Of a DNA stretch of 64,000 nt, positions 20,136 through 29,677 are shown in pieces. Source of the DNA: a virus; the IMG/VR virus record IMGVR_UViG_3300044816_000082, positions 1-64,000 of that record. The stretch is one strand, 5' to 3'. The notes beneath the pieces are model-generated. The model saw nothing but the letters and a program-made list of their open reading frames with translations, did not search any database and was not told the DNA's origin. The first letter of the stretch is position 1. Each line of letters opens with the position of its first letter. The translations under genes and the position numbers were made by a program.

Positions 20136-20312
20136 GACGACAGGTCACCCGTCGCCTACTATGAGCGACGGCACCCCCGGTGTTCATGGTCGCTGCACGA
20201 CCGATCGGTCCTTCCTCCGGTCCTGCGAGCAACTGCCTACTGACCCGCCTCGCTAGCGGGTCGCGACGGTAGGTGGCATACCTGAGCACCGGGGGTCGGC
20301 CGTTGCCCTCAA

Positions 20313-20331
20313 CGTCAACCGGGTATACACT
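20313..20331 (+). promoter_or_regulatory. Repeated early promoter/operator motif (copy 1 of ~10)
   Basis: CGTCAACCGGGTATACACT; related copies at 22191(-), 25401, 41833, 42478, 43554, 53424, 54140, 55068, 56691. Confidence 0.75.
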
Positions 20332-20386
20332 AGGTGTGCAGGTTGGGGTAGCACCTCGACCGCTCACGGACCCGAGGAAGGACCTC

Positions 20387-21315
20387 ATGACCACCCTGAC
20401 CCCCACCGCTGAGCGTCTCGCCGCGCACATGATGGCCGCGATCAAGGTCGACATCGGGGTGGGATCGGTCCCGGTCGACGTCCCCGACTTCTCGGCGCTG
20501 CACGACACCGTCGACGCCAACACCTACGTGCTCGACGCCGCTCAGGCACTTGGGATCGAGTGGGGTGAGACCGGGATGCCGACCGAGGACGCATACGCCC
20601 TGTTCAACGCCGCTGAGAGCCTCGTTGATGAGGCGCTCAAGACGGCACTCACGGAACGGGTGCTCCTGCCGTGACCGGCCCGACCCCGGACAACCCGTAC
20701 GCGACGTCGAGTTACGCGAAGGCCGCGCGGGAGCGCAAGGCGATCTCCATAGAGACCGCCTTGCGGCTCGGGGGTTTCGACAGCGAACACACAGCGCTGC
20801 TGACCCCTGAGCAGCGCCGTCAGGTTGAACGTGCGGCGGGGACACGACCTGCCTCCGACGCCACGTGGGACCTCGTCCTGCGGTTCATGCGGGACGCTGA
20901 GCAGCGTCCCGCGCCACCCAACCCAAAAGAGGAAGTCCATGACGCCGTACCCGCCCCTACCGGACCCCGACGACCCGGAGCCGGACACACGATCTGAGGA
21001 CGTGCTGCTCGGGGCGCTCGTTCTTCTCACGACGTTCGGTGTCTTCGCCTTGTTCATCGTCAACGCCGTGCGGGGGATCCTGTGACCCGACGTCAACTCA
21101 CCGACCACGACCGAGCCCTAGCAGCGTTGGCCGTCGCGGAGTCCCGGTACGCCCGGGTGAAGGCACGCCACGACGCGGCGATCGCGGCGGCGCAGGCGAT
21201 CGAAGCTGACGTGACGGCCGCAGCGGCGGTCGTCACGTACGCCGCGGAACACCCCGCGCTGCGACAAGCCACCCTCCCGACCGCGGGGCCGCCCGACGGT
21301 TGGCCCGCAGAATGA
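20387..21315 (+). other. Operon of four small hypothetical ORFs (20387-20674, 20671-20997, 20939-21085, 21082-21315)
   Basis: GAAGGA SD, overlapping starts and stops. Confidence 0.6.
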
Positions 21316-21529
21316 CGCGATGCTCCGTTACTTCGCCCGCGAGTCCATCGAGTTCGCAGCGCCGGTAGTGGCGGCGTGGGGCGCGAGCGTCCCACGCATC
21401 AGCCGCGTCGACCTGCGGTGCCTCGGCACGACCAAGAGCGGTCACCCTCGTCACCCTCTGTACGTCAAGGGCGACCACCCGCTCGTGCCCTTCCCATCAC
21501 TCGGTAGCGGCGGTGAGGAGCATGTCTGA
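21295..21529 (+). pseudogene. C-terminal fragment of DUF1643-like protein
   Basis: Reads TVGPQNDAML...VVAAWGA...CLGTTKSGHPRHPLY; N-terminal half absent. Confidence 0.7.
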
Positions 21530-21530
21530 G
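21498..21530 (+). repeat. Gene-junction repeat CACTCGGTAGCGGCGGTG..ATGTCTGAG (copy A of 6)
   Basis: Other copies at 54246, 54529, 54732, 60363, 61168. Confidence 0.85.
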
Positions 21531-21767
21531 CAGCGCTCCTGTGTGGAGACAGAGGTCGAACTCGTCTTGCGTCAGCACCTTCCGGTCCCCCTTGAGCGCA
21601 GCGCCGGGGTTTTGTGCCTCTGCGACCTGACGCGCTCGTACAACGGTCCCGTGGGTCAGCGGCTGCACGTTGCTGCTGAACTGCGGGAGGGCTGGCTTGC
21701 TGAGCGATCTGCCTGTCGAGCCAGACGACGGGATCACTACGTGGTGACCGCGCGACTCTCTCTTTCG

Positions 21768-22139
21768 TCAGGCCGCAGCGAGCGTTCCTGCGTCACTGCG
21801 GCGGTAGTTCATCACCGCCATGCTGCCCGTCGCGGCGTTCAGCCCGTCGTCACTGAACCGCTCGCCGGGCGCAACCTGCTCGCGGGTCGGCAGGCCGTAC
21901 CCGCCGTACCGCGACGTGAGCGCACGGACCGCCACGACGACGCCGCCGGGATAGAGGTCGGAGCTACGCCCGGTGTCCGGGACGACCCACACTTCACTCT
22001 TGTGGCCGGCACCGAGTTGTGGTGCCTGACCGATGACCATGCCGGTCCGTACCTCGACGGTCCCGTTGCCGCGAACGTGCTTCCACTCGACGGTCGATCC
22101 GACACCGCCGGGTTTCGGGGTGAAAGGCTTACGGGCCAT
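21768..22139 (-). CDS. Hypothetical protein, divergently transcribed
   Basis: Minus-strand GAAGGA SD, leader hairpin and promoter motif at 22191-22209. Confidence 0.7.
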   Translation of the reverse strand: MARKPFTPKPGGVGSTVEWKHVRGNGTVEVRTGMVIGQAPQLGAGHKSEVWVVPDTGRSSDLYPGGVVVAVRALTSRYGGYGLPTREQVAPGERFSDDGLNAATGSMAVMNYRRSDAGTLAAA

Positions 22140-22234
22140 GGGGTTTCCTTCCCTCGAGGGACGGAGAGCTGCTCCGTTCCCTGCCTACTAGTTGTATACC
22201 CGCTTAGCGAGTGTGCATGCGTTCCCTGCACAAC

Positions 22235-22256
22235 TGTCGGACTCGTGTCGTACGGT
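22235..22256 (+). promoter_or_regulatory. PafBC-type (RecA-NDp) DNA-damage promoter
   Basis: TGTCGG-ACTCGTGTCG-TACGGT = TGTCGG-N10-TANNNT. Confidence 0.65.
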
Positions 22257-22305
22257 TCTACCCGCAGGCCCGCCGAGCGAGCGGGCCGCTACAGGAAGGC
22301 GTTAG

Positions 22306-24768
22306 ATGACCATGACCGATGAGGTAGCGCGGCAGGGTGCTCAGCTCACGTCCCGCGAGCACGGGGCGCTCACGATCAGTCCCGAGCAGACGTGGTGGAC
22401 TGAGGCGCAGAACGCGGCGCTTGAGAGCATCGGTCTTCGCGACACCCCGAACGGGGACAGGGTCGCGTTCCTGCACCTGTGCCAGACGACCGGCCTCGAC
22501 CCCTTCCGTCGGGAGGTCTATCTGATCGGCCGGAACGACCGCACGGCACCGAGCGGTAAGAAGTGGACCGCACAGACCGGCATCGACGGGTTCCGGCACC
22601 TCGCGGAGCGGACCGGGGTGTACGGCGGGAAGGTCGGCACGCAGTGGTGCGGACCCGACGGTGAGTGGCGCGACGTGTGGCTGTCGACCGAACCGCCGTC
22701 CGCCGCGCGGGTCGCGGTCGCCCGGACCGACCTCGAGCACCTCGTGTACGGCGTCGCTGTCTACACCGAGTTCTGCCCGATGCTCGATGTGTGGACCGGC
22801 TCAGGGAACGCTCGCCGTAAGACTGGCGAGCAGGTCCCCGGTGACATGTGGATCAAGATGCCCTCACATATGTTAGCTAAATGCACCTCGGGCGACACCG
22901 AGGTGCTGACCGATCACGGCTTCCGCCGGTTCGACTCCGTGGCCGAGCACGAGCGCATCCTCATGGTCACCGAGCAAGGGCTCGTCGCGACCGACGCCCG
23001 GCCGTTCCGTCAGCCGTACAGCGGCCCGATGGTCACCTGGCGCGCGGGAGGTGGCGCAACCATCGACCTCGTGATGTCCCCGAACCACGACGTGCTGCTC
23101 AGCTCGGGCGAGAAGGTCGAAGCCGCCGACCTGCACGCCCGTACCACGGTCCGCAGCCCGGACAGCATTCCGCTCACGGTCACCGGCTCCCGGCCCGATG
23201 CTGACGTGAAGGACGACGCGCTGTACGCCGCCGCCGTGTACCTCGCGGACGGGTCCGACTACAACAAGACCGGCTTCGTTGTCGCAGTCTCACGCCCGAG
23301 GAAGGTGGACGCAATCCGTACCTTCGGTGGCTACCTTGACGAACGAATCCGTCGCTCGGCTGGCGACACCGCGACGTCCGCGAGCGGCCGGGTCATCACG
23401 ACCCGCAGCGACAAGCGCGTATTCGTCTACGAATGGACGGCGATCGCCGGGACGCCCGTGCGCCCGGGCAAGCAGCTCGACATCGACGCTCTGCTGGCGC
23501 TATCGCCGCGGCAGGCTCGGCTGCTCGTTGACACGTGGGCATGGTTCGACGGAGACACAGCGCACCCCGGCGGGACACGACGCATCAAGGTCGGCGACCC
23601 GCACCTCGCGGACGCCTTTGAAGTCGCCGCCGTTCACGCCGGGTACTCACTGTCCCCGCGCCGCCTACGCCATTCCGACCTCGGCGACGTGTGGGAGTTC
23701 ACGCTCTCGACTAAGACCGAGGTCCACGTCCGGCGTCGGAACGAGACAGGCGCTCGCGCGCTCGCGGGGCTAGACATTGAGCCGACCAACCCCAGCGGTG
23801 AGGTGTGGTGCGTCACCGTGCCCTCTCACGTCATCGTCATCCGACGTGAGGGCCTGTCCTGCCTCACCGGCCAATGCGCGGAAGCCCTCGCGCTGCGGAC
23901 CGCGTTCCCGCGCCAGCTCGCGGGGCTGCGGACCAGCGATGAGATGCAGTTCGCTGACGCGAAGCTCCGTAACGCTGAGGCTGACCTGGCGGCGCAGAAG
24001 GCCGCGCGGGAACTCGCCCGGGCTGAGGGCGCGAGCCGGCCGTGGGCGAAGGACGCCGACACGGTCGTCGTCGATGAGAACGGGGTGGTCATCTCGGGTG
24101 GGGACGTGCCGCTCCCGAGCCATGACGAGTTGTGGCATGACCTGACCGAGCAGGCACGGGTCCTGGGCAAGACGATCACCGCCCACACGACTCGATGGGT
24201 CGCGGCGCACAAGAAGAACGCCGACGAGGCCACCGATGAGGAACTGTACGAGTTCGTCGAGAGCCGTCGGGAACAGGTTGGGCGGCACCTCGCGGAGCAC
24301 CCCGACGTCGCACCGCCGACGCCGTACGTCGCACCTGAGCAGGAGGGCACCGCTGCCTCCACCGTCCCCTCCAACGGACCGGACGAGGACCCGGCGGTGC
24401 CCTCCGACGGGCCGGCCGTGCCTGTCGGTGACCTGTCGGTGAAGCCCCCGAAGATCCCACCCGCACCGAAGACCGACGGTCACCGTTCCGAGTTCGGGGA
24501 CCCGGTCCCGGTCGACATCGATGAGCGCCGCACCGCGCGTCGGTACTACATCGACAGCACCGACGACCTGTCGCCCACCGAGGAGGCCGACGCGTGCCGT
24601 CGGTCCGCGGCGATCGACGCGATGCTCGCGGAGGACGTCGGCCCGGCTCACAAGGACTACGACACGCTCGTGGAGAGCGCCGGGTTGTGGACCACCGAAG
24701 CCGAGATGGCGGAGACACGGATCGAGGTCGATGGTCAGGAGAACCTGTTCGACCCCGACGCTGAGTAG
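22306..24768 (+). CDS. RecT/Bet-like ssDNA annealing protein containing an intein
   Basis: GLDPFRREVYLI, QTGIDGFRHLAERTG, MW.KMP.HMLAK|CAEALALRTAFP motifs flanking the insertion. Confidence 0.9.
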   Translation: MTMTDEVARQGAQLTSREHGALTISPEQTWWTEAQNAALESIGLRDTPNGDRVAFLHLCQTTGLDPFRREVYLIGRNDRTAPSGKKWTAQTGIDGFRHLAERTGVYGGKVGTQWCGPDGEWRDVWLSTEPPSAARVAVARTDLEHLVYGVAVYTEFCPMLDVWTGSGNARRKTGEQVPGDMWIKMPSHMLAKCTSGDTEVLTDHGFRRFDSVAEHERILMVTEQGLVATDARPFRQPYSGPMVTWRAGGGATIDLVMSPNHDVLLSSGEKVEAADLHARTTVRSPDSIPLTVTGSRPDADVKDDALYAAAVYLADGSDYNKTGFVVAVSRPRKVDAIRTFGGYLDERIRRSAGDTATSASGRVITTRSDKRVFVYEWTAIAGTPVRPGKQLDIDALLALSPRQARLLVDTWAWFDGDTAHPGGTRRIKVGDPHLADAFEVAAVHAGYSLSPRRLRHSDLGDVWEFTLSTKTEVHVRRRNETGARALAGLDIEPTNPSGEVWCVTVPSHVIVIRREGLSCLTGQCAEALALRTAFPRQLAGLRTSDEMQFADAKLRNAEADLAAQKAARELARAEGASRPWAKDADTVVVDENGVVISGGDVPLPSHDELWHDLTEQARVLGKTITAHTTRWVAAHKKNADEATDEELYEFVESRREQVGRHLAEHPDVAPPTPYVAPEQEGTAASTVPSNGPDEDPAVPSDGPAVPVGDLSVKPPKIPPAPKTDGHRSEFGDPVPVDIDERRTARRYYIDSTDDLSPTEEADACRRSAAIDAMLAEDVGPAHKDYDTLVESAGLWTTEAEMAETRIEVDGQENLFDPDAE
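22882..23874 (+). mobile_element. Intein (331 aa) with LAGLIDADG-type endonuclease; ends Gly-Gln before Cys+1
   Basis: N-terminal CTSGDTEVLT, block B SPNHDV, YLADGS and AWFDGD, block F VWCVTVP, C-terminal LTGQ|C. Confidence 0.88.
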
Positions 24769-24873
24769 TACCCGCGCGTTGTCCCACTGTGACAGGTACA
24801 CGGTGTGGCAGGCTGCGGCCACCTTCGCGGGTAGCACCCGCACCCGACCCGACCCCGTCCCAGGAGGACAATC

Positions 24874-25374
24874 ATGGCTGAGGCATTCAACGGACTACGG
24901 CTGCTCGCCGGGCTCCCGAAAGCGAACGGACTCGCGCCGCTCGCGGACGACCTCGTAGCAGCACCGGACAGCATCGTGGTGGTCGTCGCGACCCTCAAGG
25001 TCAAGGACCTCAACCATCACGTCGAGACGGACAGCACGACCGCGGTCACCCGTTTCCAGCAGATCGAGGCGATCGACGGCGCGGCGCGGCAGACGGTCCT
25101 CGACATCTTGACCAAGACCCGGGAGGACCGCACCGGGGAGAAGGCGATGATCTCCCCGAGTGGGGAGATCGTGGTGCAAGAAAGCCCTGCGGCGGAGCGG
25201 GTCACCGGCGGGGACAGTCCCGACGCGGCCGTCGAGGTCCCGTCATCGGCGTTGGGGGTGGCGTTCACCGAGAAGGGTGACGACGGGTGGGAAGACCCTG
25301 AGCCGCCGTTGCCCGTCAAGGATCTCGCGGCGGAGAAGGCCAAGCGGGCTGCACGGCGCCCCCCGAAGCCGTAA
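24874..25374 (+). CDS. Hypothetical protein
   Basis: AGGAGG SD; leader hairpin. Confidence 0.65.
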   Translation: MAEAFNGLRLLAGLPKANGLAPLADDLVAAPDSIVVVVATLKVKDLNHHVETDSTTAVTRFQQIEAIDGAARQTVLDILTKTREDRTGEKAMISPSGEIVVQESPAAERVTGGDSPDAAVEVPSSALGVAFTEKGDDGWEDPEPPLPVKDLAAEKAKRAARRPPKP

Positions 25375-25387
25375 TCCCAGCCTGATC

Positions 25388-25409
25388 TGTCAGCGCTAGG
25401 CGCTAACGT
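25388..25409 (+). promoter_or_regulatory. Second PafBC-type promoter overlapping an early-motif copy
   Basis: TGTCAG-CGCTAGGCGC-TAACGT. Confidence 0.55.
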
Positions 25410-25468
25410 GGTTGACGATCGACGGCCCGGCGAGCGACCGGGACGAGGAACGCACGAGGAGGACACCT

Positions 25469-26671
25469 GTGACCATCATGCCGCTGACCGAACTTCTGGC
25501 CGGCACCCCGGCGCGCTCGGAGTGCCGCGAACCTGAGTGCGACCGGCCGATCCGGCGTCGGGGCCTGTGCTCGCGGCACTATCGGCAGGCGCGGCAGGTC
25601 GAGCGTTGGCGTGAGCTGGCACCGACCGCTCCGTCGCTCAAGGACGCCATGCGCATAGCGGACGAGATGCGGGACCGGTCGATGAAGACGGCCCGGGCAC
25701 GTGCCGAAGGCCGGTTCGGAGTCGGTCCGTCGGACCTCACGACGTGCCGGAAGCAGATCGAGTACCGGGAGAACCCCCCCGAGGGCTACGTCCCTGACCC
25801 GGTCGACAAGGGCGCCGCGTACGTCGGGACCATGATCCATGAGGGGATCGCGGCGGTCCGGCGCATCCTGTACCCGTGGTGTGAGATCGAGCGGGAGATC
25901 CACGTCCCGGGACTTGATGAACCGGGGCACGCGGATGTGTGGGACCCGATCGCTCACCGGGTCGAGGACGACAAGAGCGCCGGGGAGTGGGCGTGGGAGA
26001 AGATCGGACGGGACGGCGCCCGCGAGGAAGACATCGACCAGGCGATGCTGTACGCCCTCGGGTTGGCTGAGGAAGGGCTGACCGTCGTGACGGTGCGGTT
26101 GAACTACATCCGGCGAGCCAACGGCGAAGTCGAAGTGTTCGACTTCCCCTACGACCGAGGTCGGGCGCTCACCGCCTTGGGGCGGTTGCACACCATCCTC
26201 GATGACCTGACCGACGGCCGCGAGCTGCCCCGTGATCGGGAAGGACCGAGCATCGACCCGATCTGTGCCAGGTATTGCCCGGCGGTCAGACACTGCTGGG
26301 ACCTGCCGAACGTGCCGCAAGGCCGGACACCCGAGTCGTGGGTCAAGGTCCGCGATGACGAGACGATCGCGGCGTTGCTCGTCGACTACAACACGGCCCC
26401 GACCCCGGAGGCCAAGAAGCGGATCCGGGTGCTGCTGACCGGGTTGGACGCGGGGAGGTACGGCGACTTGATCCTCGGGTGGCGGGGTGGGAAGACAACC
26501 GAGGTGCAGGACCATGAGGCACGCTTGGTGCAGCTTGAGGCGGCGCTGCTCGCAGGGACGCCGCTGTCAGAGTTGGAGTACCCGATGAAGTCTGTGACGA
26601 GCAACGTGTCGATCAGCGTCGAGGCTGTCCGGCAGGCCACCCTCGACGCCGAAGCCGCGGAGGGACAGTGA
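25469..26671 (+). CDS. Cas4/RecB-family PD-(D/E)XK exonuclease with N-terminal Cys/His finger
   Basis: GPSDLTTCRK, GTMIHE, GHAD, EDDKS, QAMLYA, C-terminal CARYCPAVRHC. Confidence 0.8.
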   Translation: MTIMPLTELLAGTPARSECREPECDRPIRRRGLCSRHYRQARQVERWRELAPTAPSLKDAMRIADEMRDRSMKTARARAEGRFGVGPSDLTTCRKQIEYRENPPEGYVPDPVDKGAAYVGTMIHEGIAAVRRILYPWCEIEREIHVPGLDEPGHADVWDPIAHRVEDDKSAGEWAWEKIGRDGAREEDIDQAMLYALGLAEEGLTVVTVRLNYIRRANGEVEVFDFPYDRGRALTALGRLHTILDDLTDGRELPRDREGPSIDPICARYCPAVRHCWDLPNVPQGRTPESWVKVRDDETIAALLVDYNTAPTPEAKKRIRVLLTGLDAGRYGDLILGWRGGKTTEVQDHEARLVQLEAALLAGTPLSELEYPMKSVTSNVSISVEAVRQATLDAEAAEGQ

Positions 26672-27563
26672 GCCGCCCGGTCCTGGTCATCGTGCCGGTC
26701 ATCATCGGGCCGGCGCTCGTCAGCGACCGGGTGTGGTGGCTCAAGCAGCACCAAGACCGGTTCGCGGAGTTCCTCGCGGCGGTCTGCCTGAACGAGGGGG
26801 TTTACGCCCCGTCCTACGTTCCGCAGTGGTGGGTGGTGCTACCCGGTGATGCGCACCCCTTCGCGGGTGTCGAGGAGGTCACAAGCCTGTTCGACGGGGA
26901 CATCGTGGAGCAGGCTCTCGAGACGATGGACGATCTGCTCCCGCAGGGCATCGGGGTCGTGTGGAGCGTCCTCGAGGTCGCGAACCGGGGGCGTGACTCG
27001 TGACCCCCGATGCGTTGCGCTGGGCCGCGCTCGGGCAGGCACTCGCGCGGCGCCTGGACCTGACGAACACCCTCAAGGCAGCGACGTGGTGGCCGCACCC
27101 GGGCGGGTTCAGCGACGGCGACGCGATCCTGGGTGTTGGGGACCTGCAGAGCATGTTGAGCTACGACTCCGGGCTGTGGGACGCCGCCGGGGCCCCGTGG
27201 GAGTTCGTCCTGCAATTCGACTTCGCCGGTTACCCACTGGGGGACCAGGAACGGGCGGTCCTGGCGTGGCTGGCCTTGAACGACCCCGCGTACGGGCACC
27301 GTGCCACTGTGGAGGCGCTAGCGCGCGCCTACCGACACCGACCTATGCACCCGACGGGATTCGGCGTCACAGAGGCGTGCTCAGCCTGTTTGGGGGGTGT
27401 TGGGGTCGGTGACCCGGGGGAGGAACGGGCGTGCGGGTGCTGGGGGTTGAGCCAACCGGTCTGCGGGACGTGCGTTGATCCGGCGAGCCACCGGCACCTC
27501 ACCCTCGCGGAGTGGCCCTGCGAGGACGCCCGGGCGCTGGTCCGGATCCACACCCCGGGATGA
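26668..27563 (+). other. Two hypothetical ORFs (26668-27003, 27000-27563)
   Basis: Coupled GTGA overlaps. Confidence 0.55.
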
Positions 27564-28156
27564 ACGCCTCCGAGGTACTCCAAGCGCTACTCACCCGGCA
27601 CGAGCCGCCTCGGTGGGCTGCCTTTCCAGAGATGCGCATGGGGAAGATCGACACGCTGCGAGGGATCGACAGCCAACGCTGCGACCTGTGGACTGTTGAC
27701 CTGTGGCCGAGTTCCCTCGAGCGGATCGCATACGAGATCAAGGTCAGCCGTGCGGACTACGTCCACGAACTCAAGCACCCTGAGAAGCGTCGGCTCGCCA
27801 TGCTCATCAGCAACAGGTACTGCTTCGCTGTCCCGGCCGGCCTGATCCGACACAACGAGGTCCCCCTCGACTGCGGATTGGTCGAGGTCCACCCGAACGG
27901 GATCCGTGAGGTCGTCAGCGCACCCTGGCGTGACATCCCCCCACCGACCGCACGTTTCATCGCAGAGCTCGCTCGGCGCGCGATCGCCCCGGAGCAGCTC
28001 AGAGCCGCGGAGGTCCGACGTCGGGTCAGCATGCTCGAGGACACCGAACGTCGTCTCAAGATCGAGATCGGCCGGCAACGCGCTGCTCTCAGCGGCGCGC
28101 TGAGCACACCCGGGCAGGTCGCTGCTGCTCGGGCTCTGTCCCACATCGACCCGTAG
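27560..28156 (+). CDS. MmcB-like PD-(D/E)XK nuclease
   Basis: RCDLW...AYEIKVSRADY..E...P.K...FAVPAGLI. Confidence 0.7.
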   Translation: MNASEVLQALLTRHEPPRWAAFPEMRMGKIDTLRGIDSQRCDLWTVDLWPSSLERIAYEIKVSRADYVHELKHPEKRRLAMLISNRYCFAVPAGLIRHNEVPLDCGLVEVHPNGIREVVSAPWRDIPPPTARFIAELARRAIAPEQLRAAEVRRRVSMLEDTERRLKIEIGRQRAALSGALSTPGQVAAARALSHIDP

Positions 28157-28165
28157 GAGCTCCGC

Positions 28166-28825
28166 GTGGAGTACACCGTCCGTCCCCACACCCCCCCGTG
28201 GCCGCAGCGCTACGCGCCGCGGCAGGGTGCCTCCACGTTCCGTGCGTCGTGGAGCGACACCCTCCGGTTGCTCAGCTCCGAGATATGGACGCTTGACGGA
28301 CGACAGGTCATCACCCAACTCGACGTCAAGGCCGATGACGTCCAGCAGGACGGGACGCTCCGCGCCGATGCCCGCGTCGGTCACCCCGGGGTGAGGATCT
28401 CGTTCCGCACCCCAGCGGCGCCCCTGATGTTCGCGACCGATGAGTACCCCGATTGGCAGATGAACGTCCGCGCGATCGCCCTCACCCTCAAAGCGCTCCG
28501 CGCCGTCGACAGGTACGGCATCATCCCCGAGGCGGCGCAGTACGCCGGGTTCCGGGCGAGCCCGACCGGAACAGGTGTGGACGAGTCACCGATGTGGACG
28601 TCAGCGGAGGCTGCCGCGCGTCACCTGGCCGACCTCGCGAACCGAGCTGGACTGTCAGTGACCAGCGAGATGCTCCTTGACAGCCCCGCGCAGCTACGCC
28701 GGGCATGGCTGGTCGTGGCGAAGACCGTGCATCCTGACGTTGGAGGGATGACCTTGGACTTCCAGAACGCTGAGGCAGCGCAGCGCAGGGTCGACGCCGA
28801 CCAGCGATCGAGGGGGGTGACATGA
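28166..28825 (+). CDS. Phage protein with C-terminal DnaJ J-domain
   Basis: W..NVRAIALTL.ALRAVDRYG then KTVHPDVGG (HPD motif). Confidence 0.75.
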   Translation: MEYTVRPHTPPWPQRYAPRQGASTFRASWSDTLRLLSSEIWTLDGRQVITQLDVKADDVQQDGTLRADARVGHPGVRISFRTPAAPLMFATDEYPDWQMNVRAIALTLKALRAVDRYGIIPEAAQYAGFRASPTGTGVDESPMWTSAEAAARHLADLANRAGLSVTSEMLLDSPAQLRRAWLVVAKTVHPDVGGMTLDFQNAEAAQRRVDADQRSRGVT

Positions 28826-29507
28826 CCTACCCCGACCCGAACAGGTTCCGGGGTCGCCTCAAGGACTACCTCGCCTGGGCCGCCGACGGGTTCCGACCGA
28901 CGCCGCTCTGGTGCGTGAAGCACTGGGTTCCGTGTCCCGTCGAGGGGAAACCGGGGCTGCTCGTCACGATCATCTTGCAGACCGAGTTGATGAGCCAGAT
29001 GCCCGCCGACGTCGGGGACGCGACCGGGATGAACTCGTGGCAGGCGAACCGGGTCACCCCGCTGTGCTGCGAACTCGGAGACGAGCTCATGGCGTGGCTG
29101 TGGGAGGAGGTCGACGCACCGCACTGCGGTGTCCGACCTCCCGCCGGCCACCGATGGCAGCACGGCCGGGTCTGCTGGTACCGCCCCGGACATCTGTTCG
29201 GCCACGAATGGGACAACCCCGGATCGATCTTCGCCCTGCGCCCTGGTGGGGCCGGCTAGTGGCGGGCATGGCCGCGGTCGCGTGCCGATCATGCCGGGCA
29301 CGGATTGTGTGGGCTGTCACGGTGAACGGAAAGAGCATGCCTGTCGACTACGAACCCAACCCCGACGGCAACGTGATCCTCGACGCTTCGACGTCTGGTC
29401 CGCCCGTCGCGATCGTCAGGAGCGCCCCCGCTGAGCCTGGGGAGATCCGTCGGATGTCACATTTCGCAACTTGCCCGCGGGCCGGGTTGCACCGCAGGTC
29501 GCGGTGA
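28822..29507 (+). other. Two small Cys/His-rich ORFs (28822-29259; 29268-29507 CRSC..IVW...MPVD...SHFATCP)
   Basis: Recurrent phage Zn-finger pattern. Confidence 0.6.
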
Positions 29508-29677
29508 GACGTGGAGGTTGCGCCAGAACGGGCGTAACGTCCCTGCGGGCAAAAGGGAGGGCCGGTCCGCTGACGACGGACCGGCCCAAAGCTCCCCACC
29601 CGTCACCCAACGGAGGAACCGGCCTTGAGCGTACCCGCCGACAGAACGCACGGACCGACTGAGCTCCGAGCGATTCG

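Noticed and set aside
20313-20331. Early motif as an actinobacterial LexA box
   Set aside because: Does not match TCGAAC-N4-GTTCGA.
25469-26671. Cas4-like gene as part of a CRISPR system
   Set aside because: No repeat-spacer array or other cas genes; solo Cas4/RecB-like nucleases near recT are common in phages.
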